From assembly GCA_963666365.2 (NCBI GenBank), contig CAXXNF010000001.1, positions 1,184,001 to 1,248,000 of the forward strand: a stretch of 64,000 nt of DNA, in the 5' to 3' direction. The notes under the pieces are model-generated. The model worked only from the letters and a program-made list of their open reading frames with translations, had not been told where the DNA came from and did no database searches. The position numbers and the translations under genes were made by a program. This document shows, piece after piece, positions 10,179 to 19,519 of this stretch. Within the stretch, counting starts at the first letter, position 1. Each line of letters opens with the position of its first letter. The DNA is from Syntrophales bacterium. Its GTDB lineage: Bacteria; Desulfobacterota; Syntrophia; Syntrophales; UBA2210.

Positions 10179-11180
10179 TTATGGAAAAATGATCTTCTGA
10201 ATGAGCGCGGCCAGTTTTTTCGAATCATGACGGGCAATGCCGCCCACCATGCTCAATAAATCGCCGGCATGCAGCACCCGTTCGTTCCAAAAGGAATCGT
10301 CTCCATCGAGTGACACAAACTCCGCCTGTTCCTGTTCCCGATACTGTTTCAGGAGGGCGGGTTTTGGCTTTGCCGTGTTGTAGAGGACGCCATCGACGTA
10401 ACGGCCGATAAAAAACTCGATATTTTTTACGAAGTCATAACAGTCAAAGCCGTCGGTTTCTCCGTATTTAGTCATTATATTCACCACGTAGAACACTTGC
10501 GCCCCCGTGCCTGCGATCGCCTCTTTCACTCCGGGCACCAGCAGATTGGGAATGATGCTGGTATAGAGATCGCCGGGCCCGATAATGATGAAATCGGCCC
10601 TGCGAATCGCATCGATGACAGGCGGATAGGGGGACACATCATCTTGATGGTGCGGGACAAGGTAGATATCCTTGATCCTCGCCCGCTGAGTGTTATGGGG
10701 CGCATTGATCGCCCTTTGTCCGTAAATGCGGCTTCCGTCGGTCAGCTCGGCCACAAGCGTGGCCTTGTCGATGGTCACCGGCAGGATGGTCCCGCGGGCA
10801 TCAAGAATTTCCGAAAGGGCATTAACGCCGGTGGCAAAACTGCCCGTGTATTCCGCCAGCATGGTCAGAAGCATATTGCCTGCATTGTGCCCCTGCAGTT
10901 TTCCGTTCCCGCCCAGCCTTTTCAGCAAGATCGCACGGACCATCTCCCGTTGAGGAGAAAGAGCCAGCACACATTTCAGCACATCGCCGGGAGGCAGAAT
11001 GCCCAGCTCATCACGAAGCCGACCCGTGCTGCCCCCGCTGTCCGCCATGGACACAACGGCAGTTATATTGACGTCTTCCAGATCACGGAGCCCCGAAAGC
11101 AGCGCAAATTGGCCGCTTCCGCCACCAATGGTGACTACTTTCGCCGCGCCTTCGCATGTCTTCACCGGGGAACCCCCCAC
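10179..11180 (-). CDS. yvcK: YvcK/GlmR (UPF0052, CofD-like) UDP-GlcNAc-binding protein
   Basis: VVTIGGGSG, DSGGSTGRLRDELG..PPGD, GH..GN, IIIGPGDLYTSIIPNL, N.MTK.GET, RHDS.KLA. Confidence 0.9.
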   Translation of the reverse strand: MGGSPVKTCEGAAKVVTIGGGSGQFALLSGLRDLEDVNITAVVSMADSGGSTGRLRDELGILPPGDVLKCVLALSPQREMVRAILLKRLGGNGKLQGHNAGNMLLTMLAEYTGSFATGVNALSEILDARGTILPVTIDKATLVAELTDGSRIYGQRAINAPHNTQRARIKDIYLVPHHQDDVSPYPPVIDAIRRADFIIIGPGDLYTSIIPNLLVPGVKEAIAGTGAQVFYVVNIMTKYGETDGFDCYDFVKNIEFFIGRYVDGVLYNTAKPKPALLKQYREQEQAEFVSLDGDDSFWNERVLHAGDLLSMVGGIARHDSKKLAALIQKIIFP

Positions 11181-11298
11181 TCTCTTGCAGTGCCATGTGT
11201 CACGGTATGATCATCCCTCTCCAATGGCAGCGAATATATCAGACATCGCGGGAGTTTCAAAGTCATAAATAGGGTACCATGCATCTTCGCTTTTTTTA

Positions 11299-11327
11299 TT
11301 GACATCCAGGAAACCTCCACTTAGATT
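11299..11327 (+). promoter_or_regulatory. Putative sigma70 promoter for the C1 peptidase gene
   Basis: TTGACA(11299)-17 nt-TAGATT(11322), about 40 nt upstream of the GTG start, which has an AAGGAG RBS. Confidence 0.55.
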
Positions 11328-11367
11328 CCGGGTATGCAAAGCAATCTGTAAATAAACAGACAAGGAG

Positions 11368-13059
11368 GTGTTCGTGTCTCGATGGGTTATCGTCATGGGC
11401 ATTGTCATACTCACGGGGATGTTGTTCACGCCGGCCCATGCCGGCGATTTCGGAAGAACCGCGCCCCTCAATCCTGCCTTTGAGGCATGGCGCGCAAAAG
11501 TCAGGGCAGACAGAGCGGTCTGCGTCACAGCAAAAACCCGCCGCATTTCCGGTAGGCGTCCTTCTCCGGTCAACCTCAGTCACCTGTTCAATCGATCCAT
11601 CGTGCCCCCGTCAAGAACGGTTCAGAATGCCGCAGGCGCCTTCCCTTCACGATACGATCTCAGGAACACCGGGAAGGTTTCACCGGTGAAGGATCAGGAT
11701 CCCTGGGGGAGCTGTTGGACCTTTGCGACCATGGGTTCCGCTGAATCCTCGGCTCTCGGAAGGGGATGGCAGTCACCGGACTTCTCGGAAAAACATCTGG
11801 CCTGGTTCGGTTACACCGATGTCAGCCCCGCCCTGGTGGGATTTGATCGGGTGAAGGAAAAAAACATATACGATCAGGGAGGCTCCGCCACTATTGCGGT
11901 GGCCCTGCTGAGCCGTTGGACGGGCATTGTGGGCGAGGGCGATGTCCCCTATGCGGATTTCACGACGCCTCCTCCGGCAGATGCGAAGAATGCCGCTCTT
12001 TTGAATGCATGCCGCATAGCCCCGGCGGGGGTATATTTTCAGAAAAATGTCAAATATTTGGTCCAAAACTACGGCGCTGTCAATATCGATGTCTATATTG
12101 ACGGCGAGGGGGAAGAGGACGAGGATGAAACCCTCAACTCAAGCTATAATCCTGAGAGGGCGGCCTTTTATTATGCGGGCGAGTCAGCGGAAAGTAACCA
12201 CGCCGTATTGGCGGTAGGCTGGGACGATGCCTATTCCAGAGAAAATTTTCTGATAGAACCGCCCGGAGACGGTGCATGGATCGTGCGAAACTCCTGGGGG
12301 GATGACTGGGGCGACGAGGGGTACTTTTATGTGTCCTATTACGATAACGTCACAGGCGCACTGGAAGACGAGGATGCCTTCGCCTTCGAGGTCGTCCCGC
12401 CGCAGGCGTATGACGGATGTGATTTCCATGATCCCCTCGGCGTTACCGGCGCCTATGCGGTCGGAAACAACGACGGCGATCAGTGGTTCAGCAATGTCTT
12501 CACTTCGGACAAAACGCAGAACCTGCACGCCGTCGGCCTCTTTGCAATGAATCCGGATACCACCATGACTATTTTCGTCTATACCGATATCGATGCATTC
12601 AATCCCCGGTCAGGGGCCCTTGCGCTGAGTCCATGGACCGTCGCCTGCGCGATTCCCGGATACTACGTCTTAAACCTCGAACACACCGTTCCCGTCATGA
12701 AAAACCAGCAATTTTCCATAGTCGTCAACACTCGGGCGCCCGATGCGGAATTTCCCATCGCAATCGAAAGTCCGGAAGGTGAATTTTCCAGCAAGGCGAA
12801 GGCTTCGAAGGGGCAGAGTTTTGTCAGCGCCGACGGCGCCTCATGGAAAGACCTGACGGAAGAAAAACCCAACGCCAATGTATGCCTCAAGGTCTTTTTC
12901 ACGGCGGGACTGGAACAGGTGATAGGGGCGCTCCAGGTCATGCAGGGAATGGCGACGCCCTCCACGGACGGGGGTGTCATCAATGATGTGGACAACGACG
13001 GGAAAATTGGATTTGCCGAGGCGCTCTACACCCTTCAGGTCAATGCCGGATTACGGTAA
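11368..13059 (+). CDS. Secreted papain-family (C1A) cysteine peptidase with lectin-like domain and C-terminal dockerin-like motif
   Basis: Signal peptide ending AHA; PSRYDLR, VKDQ..WGSCWTF (catalytic Cys), NHAV (His), VRNSWG (Asn); tail DVDNDGKIGFAEALYTLQ. Confidence 0.9.
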   Translation: MFVSRWVIVMGIVILTGMLFTPAHAGDFGRTAPLNPAFEAWRAKVRADRAVCVTAKTRRISGRRPSPVNLSHLFNRSIVPPSRTVQNAAGAFPSRYDLRNTGKVSPVKDQDPWGSCWTFATMGSAESSALGRGWQSPDFSEKHLAWFGYTDVSPALVGFDRVKEKNIYDQGGSATIAVALLSRWTGIVGEGDVPYADFTTPPPADAKNAALLNACRIAPAGVYFQKNVKYLVQNYGAVNIDVYIDGEGEEDEDETLNSSYNPERAAFYYAGESAESNHAVLAVGWDDAYSRENFLIEPPGDGAWIVRNSWGDDWGDEGYFYVSYYDNVTGALEDEDAFAFEVVPPQAYDGCDFHDPLGVTGAYAVGNNDGDQWFSNVFTSDKTQNLHAVGLFAMNPDTTMTIFVYTDIDAFNPRSGALALSPWTVACAIPGYYVLNLEHTVPVMKNQQFSIVVNTRAPDAEFPIAIESPEGEFSSKAKASKGQSFVSADGASWKDLTEEKPNANVCLKVFFTAGLEQVIGALQVMQGMATPSTDGGVINDVDNDGKIGFAEALYTLQVNAGLR

Positions 13060-13126
13060 CCGTTCACCAATAGACGTTTCACGTGACATATTCATTTTCT
13101 CCCGCAAGAGGCAGAGAAAAATTTTT

Positions 13127-14401
13127 TTATTTCTTCTTGCCCTCAGCACCGCTGCGTCTCTGCGCGATATTCTGTTCTTTTTTTTCCCCGGTACGATGCT
13201 CAAGATTCCACACTCCGGCGATAGGCGTCCCGCAGAAGGCGCACCGGCCCTTTTCCACATGCAGTTCCCTTATAAGATACCCCTCGCGCACTACCAGCGT
13301 GCGCGTGCAGCCGGGGCAATAGGTGATGCTCGAATCGCCCGGTCCTATATTCCCCACATAGACATAGTGCAGTCCCATGGCCATGGCTGTCCTTCGCGCC
13401 TCTTCGAGAAAGGAGATCGATGTGGGGGCGAGGGTTGTCAGTTTGTACCGGGGGAAAAACCTTGAAAAGTGAAGGGGGCAGTCGGGGCCGATCGTCTCCA
13501 GCATCCAATGACACATCCGCTTGATCATCTCGATATCATCGGTATAGGTCGGCACGATAAGGGCGGTGATCTCGAACCAGACGCCGTTCTTCTTCAATAT
13601 TTCCAGGGTGCGAAGCACCGGTTTCAGGCGCCCCGCATTCAGCCTCCCGTAAAGCTCTTCCGAAAAGCTCTTTACATCCACATTTGCGGCGTCGATGACC
13701 TTGCAGAGCTCGTGCAGGGGCGTCTCGTTGATGTATCCGTTGGTAACCCAGATGTTGCGGATGCCTTTCAATCGTGCCTGCCGGGATGTATCCAGCATAT
13801 ACTCGAAATAGGTGGTGGCCTCGGAGTAGGTATAGGCGATGGACGGGCAGTTCGCCTTGCAGGCCTCGTCGACGACCGCATCGGGAAACATATCGTAAAA
13901 ACGAACCTCCTCCGGCTTGACCTGCGATATTTCCCAGTTCTGGCAATTGAGGCAGTGAAAACTGCAGCCTGTGGTGGCGATGGAAAAGACGGTGGACCCG
14001 GGAAGAAAGTGATAGAGCGGCTTTTTCTCTATGGGGTCGATGTGGACGGCACAGGGATTTCCGTACACCAGGGTATAGAGTGTGCCGTCCTTGTTCACAT
14101 GGGACTTGCAGCGACTGCGGGCATTGGGAGGCAGTATACACCTGTTGGGACAGGTCAGGCAGCGAACGGTTTCTGCCGCCAGTTCTTCCTTGAAATAGAC
14201 CTCCTTCGACCATTTCCAGAGCCTCTCCGGCGCATCGTTGAGCGTAACCCTTTTCATGTTTTTCCCGGGAAGGGAGGATGATGCGGAAAGGACCCTCAGA
14301 GGATCGAAAAAAAGGACCGTCGACCCGGCCATGCCCGCCGTCAGGAGTTCCCTTCTTGTCATCATGAAGGGAGTTCGTTGTTTTTCACCTTCCATCTTCA
14401 T
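13127..14401 (-). CDS. amrS: AmmeMemoRadiSam system radical SAM enzyme with N-terminal twin-arginine-like leader
   Basis: C..CP..C, DPIEKKPLYHF.PG, GCSFHCLNCQNWEISQ (CxxxCxxC), AYTYSE, TNGY, LHFSRFFP, YVYVGN, C-terminal CPGC/CAFC. Confidence 0.9.
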   Translation of the reverse strand: MKMEGEKQRTPFMMTRRELLTAGMAGSTVLFFDPLRVLSASSSLPGKNMKRVTLNDAPERLWKWSKEVYFKEELAAETVRCLTCPNRCILPPNARSRCKSHVNKDGTLYTLVYGNPCAVHIDPIEKKPLYHFLPGSTVFSIATTGCSFHCLNCQNWEISQVKPEEVRFYDMFPDAVVDEACKANCPSIAYTYSEATTYFEYMLDTSRQARLKGIRNIWVTNGYINETPLHELCKVIDAANVDVKSFSEELYGRLNAGRLKPVLRTLEILKKNGVWFEITALIVPTYTDDIEMIKRMCHWMLETIGPDCPLHFSRFFPRYKLTTLAPTSISFLEEARRTAMAMGLHYVYVGNIGPGDSSITYCPGCTRTLVVREGYLIRELHVEKGRCAFCGTPIAGVWNLEHRTGEKKEQNIAQRRSGAEGKKK

Positions 14402-14430
14402 ACTCTCCCTCACTTGTCCTCGCGTTCCTT

Positions 14431-16584
14431 TCAGGACAGGCGTCCTAGTGTACCAACTAATCCAAGAACGATCAACAGCTTACAGAGAAGCACAAGCAGG
14501 CAGGTTCCCACGATCCCCAAAATCGGAACCAGAAGAAGACTTACCGCAACGGCGCCCAGACTTCCACCGATCAGATCAGCAGCATACAGTGACCCGGCCG
14601 CCTTTTGCGGGACCATCCCAAGGAGTCGTGCGGCAACGGGAAATTCGGCGCCTGTCAGCGCCCCCGCAATGATCGTGAGCAGCGCAAGCGTCCCGGGCGC
14701 AAGCACAGCCACACCCCAGCGAAGAAGGCATATCAGCATCACAAGGTAGCATAGGGTGACCACTTCGATGGAGAGCAACGAACGGAGCTGCACCGATTCC
14801 CGCCGGTTCGCGCACCAGCTTCCCAGGGCGAGACCGCACATAAAAGCGGCAATGATCAGACCGATACCGGTATAGACGCTCCCGTGCAGAATCTGATAGC
14901 AGAGGAGGATGATCACCTCGATCGACGAGGCGGCAAAACCTGTGACAAAGATGGTCTTCTGAATCATTCCGATACGATACAAATAGAGGGCGCACAGGAT
15001 CGCCGCCACGAGAAGTCCCGTGCCATGGCGTTCCTGGAACTGGGCCAGCCATCGCCTCATCTGATAAAGATAGGCCCAGGGATGAAAATCATCATTTGCC
15101 GGAACCTGCGGCATCAGGCTCTCCCGAAGAAAGGCTGCCCGTTCCTCCGTCACGCGCCCTCTCAAATAGCGTTCGTTCACATAGGCCGTCTCGATGCCCC
15201 GCCTTTCCGCATGTGAGGCGATATCGGCGGAGAGAGGATGATCGGAGGCGATACAGACGATCCGCTCCCCCGGAATGAAGAGGACCTGCCCCCACACTTC
15301 CTTCAGGGCATTTCCGATGGTGGAAAGAAACAGTGCCAGATCGGGGCTTATGTAATGCTCGGCGCCTGAAACCGAAAATGAGAAGACGCCTCCCGGTGTG
15401 AGAATACGCCTGACCTCACGGAAAAACTGAACGGTATAAAACCGATTCAGTTGAAGCGAAAGCGGATCGGGAAGGTCCACAATCACGGCATCGTATCGAA
15501 ACTGCGTGGTGCGTACAAATCGGCGCCCGTCCTCCGCGTGAAGATGCACCTCCCCGGGAAAGGAGTCCCTGAGATGTCGCGAGGCGGCATCGATAATCTC
15601 CGGGTCGAGTTCCACATAATCGAGCCGGACCGGACGGTATTTCATTATCTCGCGCACCGTGCCGCCGACGCCTCCCGCCACCAGCAGGACCTCATCGATA
15701 TTTTCCCTCTGCAGCAGAGCGAAGTGCACCGCTTCTTCGCTTTCGACAATATTGGGAGTTGAAAAGAGGTGTCCCCCGTTTTCGAAAAAGGATATCTGTT
15801 CGCGGTCCTTCGTCACAACGATGCGCCCGTAAGGCGATTCCCGGTAATCGAGGATTGTCTGTTCCGGATAGAGCCACTTGATTGTCGTTGCATCGAGGGG
15901 AATCAGCCACATCACACCCATAAGGACAAGCATGCCCGCAACGGCGGGGGCGCTGCGCCGGACGCGCCGGGACGGCCCGTCACACCCGATGAAAAGGGCG
16001 GCTGCCAGGCAGAGAAGGGCAGGAACAAACAGAAGGTCTAAATTTGTCATCCATCGGACCAGCAGAAAGGTAAAGAGAAGTCCTCCCAGAATATCGCCGA
16101 TATTGTCAAAGAAATAGACCTCTCCGACGCTTCTGCCGTCCGCTTCGCGGGAAGGCAGCACGGCACAGGCCAGGGTCAGAAGCCCCCCGGTGACGAGACA
16201 GTAGGGGGCAAGGAGGAGGGCGGCCCAGAGAAACAGTGCACCCGGCGCCGGCAGTTCCCCCGGAATAAATGCGACATTCCGCACGAGCCTGATCAGGACA
16301 ATATGTGCGATGGGAAAGAGGGCAACCAGGGGAAGGGAAAGGCGAAAGAGGGTCATCTGAAGTGCAGGCGCGGTCACAAAACGGCCGAGCCATGCACCCA
16401 GACCGGAAAAGAGGAGCCAGAGTGAGATGAGGATCCCCAGGACGAGTTCATTCCCCGCAAAACAGTTGATGAACTCCCGAATCACCGTAATCTGGGTGAT
16501 TACGTGTGAAATCCCCAGGGCCGTCACGGCACAATAGAGGGGAATCGACGCATTTCGATACCGCACCGGAAAGACCTCCGCCAC
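14431..16584 (-). CDS. Membrane-bound spermidine-synthase-like / class I SAM-dependent transferase (multi-TM - SpeE-like - multi-TM)
   Basis: Q....RE.....GNEL; ESPYG.I.V; VLLVAGGVGG; YVELDPEI; DGRRFV; YDAVIVDLPDP; N.FYT..F; LYAADLIG. The start is uncertain (see findings). Confidence 0.8.
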   Translation of the reverse strand: MAEVFPVRYRNASIPLYCAVTALGISHVITQITVIREFINCFAGNELVLGILISLWLLFSGLGAWLGRFVTAPALQMTLFRLSLPLVALFPIAHIVLIRLVRNVAFIPGELPAPGALFLWAALLLAPYCLVTGGLLTLACAVLPSREADGRSVGEVYFFDNIGDILGGLLFTFLLVRWMTNLDLLFVPALLCLAAALFIGCDGPSRRVRRSAPAVAGMLVLMGVMWLIPLDATTIKWLYPEQTILDYRESPYGRIVVTKDREQISFFENGGHLFSTPNIVESEEAVHFALLQRENIDEVLLVAGGVGGTVREIMKYRPVRLDYVELDPEIIDAASRHLRDSFPGEVHLHAEDGRRFVRTTQFRYDAVIVDLPDPLSLQLNRFYTVQFFREVRRILTPGGVFSFSVSGAEHYISPDLALFLSTIGNALKEVWGQVLFIPGERIVCIASDHPLSADIASHAERRGIETAYVNERYLRGRVTEERAAFLRESLMPQVPANDDFHPWAYLYQMRRWLAQFQERHGTGLLVAAILCALYLYRIGMIQKTIFVTGFAASSIEVIILLCYQILHGSVYTGIGLIIAAFMCGLALGSWCANRRESVQLRSLLSIEVVTLCYLVMLICLLRWGVAVLAPGTLALLTIIAGALTGAEFPVAARLLGMVPQKAAGSLYAADLIGGSLGAVAVSLLLVPILGIVGTCLLVLLCKLLIVLGLVGTLGRLS

Positions 16585-16684
16585 GAAAATGGATGGACTT
16601 GCCTGATTCGCTCATTGAACTCCTGCAGAATATCTCTAATACCGGATTTTATCAACACCGGACTGGCACATAGCCAGCGGACCG

Positions 16685-17806
16685 TTACTGAAATAACCGC
16701 CGGTATTCCCCGTAGCCTTCCTTTTCCAGATCCTCCAGGGGAATGAACCGAAGGGCCGCCGAATTGAGACAGTATCTCCTTCCCGCAGGGGGTGGGCCGT
16801 CGGGAAATACATGCCCCAGATGCGAGTCGCCCCGCCTGCTGCGCACTTCCGTCCGCAGCATCAACAATGTGCGATCCTCCCGCTCCACGATATTGTCCGG
16901 CTCCAGCGGCCTGGTAAAGCTGGGCCAGCCGGTGTTCGAATCATACTTGTCGAGCGAACTGAAGAGGGGCTCTCCGGAAACAATATCCACGTAGATTCCC
17001 GCTTTCTTGTTGTTCCAGTACTCATTGTCAAATGCCCGTTCCGTCCCTTCGCGCTGCGTTACCTCGAACTGGAGCGGGGTGAGCCGTTTCCGCAGCGCCT
17101 CATGACTCGGTTTGGCGTAGCCGTCCGATCCGGACGCACATTCCGGGCGCGGGCGCTCGTCGCTCCATGCCTTTTTCAGAAAGGCATCCCGGCCGGAACC
17201 GCTGCGGTAGTTTCTGTAGCGAATCGCCTGTTTCTTGTAAAAATCCTGATGGTACTCTTCAGCCTTGTAAAAAGTGGTGAATTTTACTATCTCCGTGGCA
17301 ATGGGTTTCGTAAAGAGACCTGTTTTTTCAAGGGCCTGCTTCGATTCTTCCGCCAGGCGCCTCTGCTCCTCGTCATGGTAAAATATCGCACTTCGATACT
17401 GCGACCCCCTGTCGACAAATTGACCCGACCCGTCGGTAGGATCGATATGACGCCAGAACACATCGAGCAGTTCCCTGTAGGAAATTCTGCGGGGATCGTA
17501 AATCACCTGCACCGCCTCGGCATGCCCCGTGGCGCCGCCCGCTACCTCCTCATAGGTTGGATGTTCCCTGTGACCGCCGGTATACCCCGATATGGCTTCG
17601 AGCACACCCTCCACTTTCTCAAAATCGGACTCTACACACCAGAAACAGCCCCCCGCAAAGGTCGCCACGGCAGTCTCTTCAGCTTGTACGTTCATGATAT
17701 CCTCCTTCTTTTTTTCAGTCCCTTCATCCGCAAAGGGATACAGTCTCACAATAAAAAGCCCCATGATCAGGATAACTGCCACAAGGGCCATTCGGTTCCT
17801 TTTCAT
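16685..17806 (-). CDS. msrAB: Bifunctional peptide-methionine sulfoxide reductase MsrA/MsrB with N-terminal signal/anchor
   Basis: [28 protein letters not shown] (MsrA); GTERAF, GWPSF, HLGHVF, RYCLNS (MsrB). Start set at MKRNR after GGAGG. Confidence 0.95.
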   Translation of the reverse strand: MKRNRMALVAVILIMGLFIVRLYPFADEGTEKKKEDIMNVQAEETAVATFAGGCFWCVESDFEKVEGVLEAISGYTGGHREHPTYEEVAGGATGHAEAVQVIYDPRRISYRELLDVFWRHIDPTDGSGQFVDRGSQYRSAIFYHDEEQRRLAEESKQALEKTGLFTKPIATEIVKFTTFYKAEEYHQDFYKKQAIRYRNYRSGSGRDAFLKKAWSDERPRPECASGSDGYAKPSHEALRKRLTPLQFEVTQREGTERAFDNEYWNNKKAGIYVDIVSGEPLFSSLDKYDSNTGWPSFTRPLEPDNIVEREDRTLLMLRTEVRSRRGDSHLGHVFPDGPPPAGRRYCLNSAALRFIPLEDLEKEGYGEYRRLFQ

Positions 17807-18016
17807 CGTGTTCCTCCTCCATGAAAGACGGGGATGGTGTGCACAGGCGCCCATCATACCGTTCCCTGTTTTTTCTTTCACCTTAATATAATCACCCTTT
17901 GCGTCATTGCATAATCACAACACCCGTATCAGGTTCTTGCGCACTTCCTGAAGGAAGAATCGCCATCGCCATGGGTGTTCGTCCTGATGGGGAAACTGAC
18001 TATTTCTAAAATGCCG

Positions 18017-18045
18017 TTGACATCATAATGGTCATCATCTATAGT
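18017..18045 (+). promoter_or_regulatory. Putative sigma70 promoter for the M15-mpaA-spmAB operon
   Basis: TTGACA(18017)-17 nt-TATAGT(18040). Confidence 0.6.
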
Positions 18046-18124
18046 TCACGGCAAGGTTCTATTCATCAATTCAAAGAGATATAAAAATACGTTGACATGA
18101 CCGGGTTGGCATATTTTTTCACCA

Positions 18125-18826
18125 TTGAAGGACATTGAGAAACTGGTGCTTGGCGAAGCGGCGGAACGGATGGTTCCTGCGGGGGACGCCGGCGATAGGG
18201 GAGTGCTCATTCATCCCGATGTGCTGGATGCCTTTCAGCTCCTGCGCAGTGATGCGGGAAAAGAGGGATTCGATCTCAGAATCCATTCAGGGTTCCGGTC
18301 GTTTGACGGGCAGCTCACCATCTGGAACCGGAAAGTCCGTGGAGAACTGGCGGTTCTCGATGATCATTCAAAAAAGATACCTGTCGACACCGTACACAAA
18401 AAGGATTTACTGTTTTACATTCTGCGCTGGTCGGCATTGCCGGGTGCAAGCAGGCACCACTGGGGGACGGAAATCGACTACTACGAATTTAACGGGTGCG
18501 CGGCCGGCAGAAAAATCGATCTTATTCCCGAAGAATATCGAGACAGCGGGCCCTGTGCACGAGCCGACCGCTGGCTCAATTCCTGCATTGCCGAAAAAAA
18601 GGCGCACTCCTTTTTCAAACCCTATGCCCGTGACAGGGGAGGAGTGCACCCCGAACCGTGGCATCTGAGCTGGGCGCCTCTGGCCGACCACTGTCAGAAC
18701 GCACTGAAGGCCGATCTTCTCCTTGCAAAACTGCAGGCCTCTCCCATTCTGCTGAAAGAGTTCATTGTCGACGCCTATCCTGAAATATGGAACAGGTTCG
18801 TCATCAATGTGGAAAGTTCCGGATGA
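18125..18826 (+). CDS. M15-family (VanY-like) Zn D,D-carboxypeptidase
   Basis: SGFRSF..Q, WSALPGASRHHWGTEID (SxH...D), EPWH. Confidence 0.88.
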   Translation: MKDIEKLVLGEAAERMVPAGDAGDRGVLIHPDVLDAFQLLRSDAGKEGFDLRIHSGFRSFDGQLTIWNRKVRGELAVLDDHSKKIPVDTVHKKDLLFYILRWSALPGASRHHWGTEIDYYEFNGCAAGRKIDLIPEEYRDSGPCARADRWLNSCIAEKKAHSFFKPYARDRGGVHPEPWHLSWAPLADHCQNALKADLLLAKLQASPILLKEFIVDAYPEIWNRFVINVESSG

Positions 18827-19518
18827 TGCTGACCAGTACACTGCCCTACCCTTCAAAAATATTCGGCACGACTCGCACCGGTCTGCCGCTGGAATATTTC
18901 ACCGGATCGGCACAGGAGAACCGGAAGGGCGGCCTGCTTCTCATCGCCGGGACTCACGGTGATGAAGCTGACGGCGTGTTCGTGCTGAGCAGAGCGCTGC
19001 GGGCTTGCGCCGCTCTGAGAAATTGCACGGTGGTGCTGTGCACCAATCCCGAAGGCCTATTGAGGGGAACAAGGGCAAACAGAAGGGGCGTGGACCTGAA
19101 CCGGAACTTTCCGTCACGAAACTGGAGATCGCAGCCCGTGATGGTGCGGTCCTTTGCCGACGGACCGAGAGATCTCGCCCACTCTCCCGGAGACAGTCCC
19201 TCGTCGGAACCCGAAACGCGTCATCTGCTGGCACTGTTGAGCGAACTCAAGCCCAACCATATCATCTCTCTCCATTCGCCGCTGGGCTGCGTCGACGCGC
19301 CGAAAGAGAACCGCCTGGCCGATTTTCTGGCAGCAAAAACCGGTTTACGGCGGGTCTATGAAATCGGATACGAAACTCCCGGATCCTTTGGAAGCTGGGC
19401 CGCTGAGAACGGCCACAGGCTCGTCACCTTCGAGCTGCCGAAACAAGGCGGTGAAGATCTGGTCAGAAACTATTCACCGGTGTTCGCCGGATTAATGGAA
19501 AATGGAATGGATGGCTGA
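18823..19518 (+). CDS. mpaA: Murein peptide amidase A (M14 Zn carboxypeptidase)
   Basis: AGTHGDE, NPEG...G.R.N..GVDLNRNFP, SEPET, SLH.P, IGY.TPGSFGSW, T.ELP. ATGA overlap with the upstream stop. Confidence 0.85.
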   Translation: MMLTSTLPYPSKIFGTTRTGLPLEYFTGSAQENRKGGLLLIAGTHGDEADGVFVLSRALRACAALRNCTVVLCTNPEGLLRGTRANRRGVDLNRNFPSRNWRSQPVMVRSFADGPRDLAHSPGDSPSSEPETRHLLALLSELKPNHIISLHSPLGCVDAPKENRLADFLAAKTGLRRVYEIGYETPGSFGSWAAENGHRLVTFELPKQGGEDLVRNYSPVFAGLMENGMDG

Positions 19519-19519
19519 C

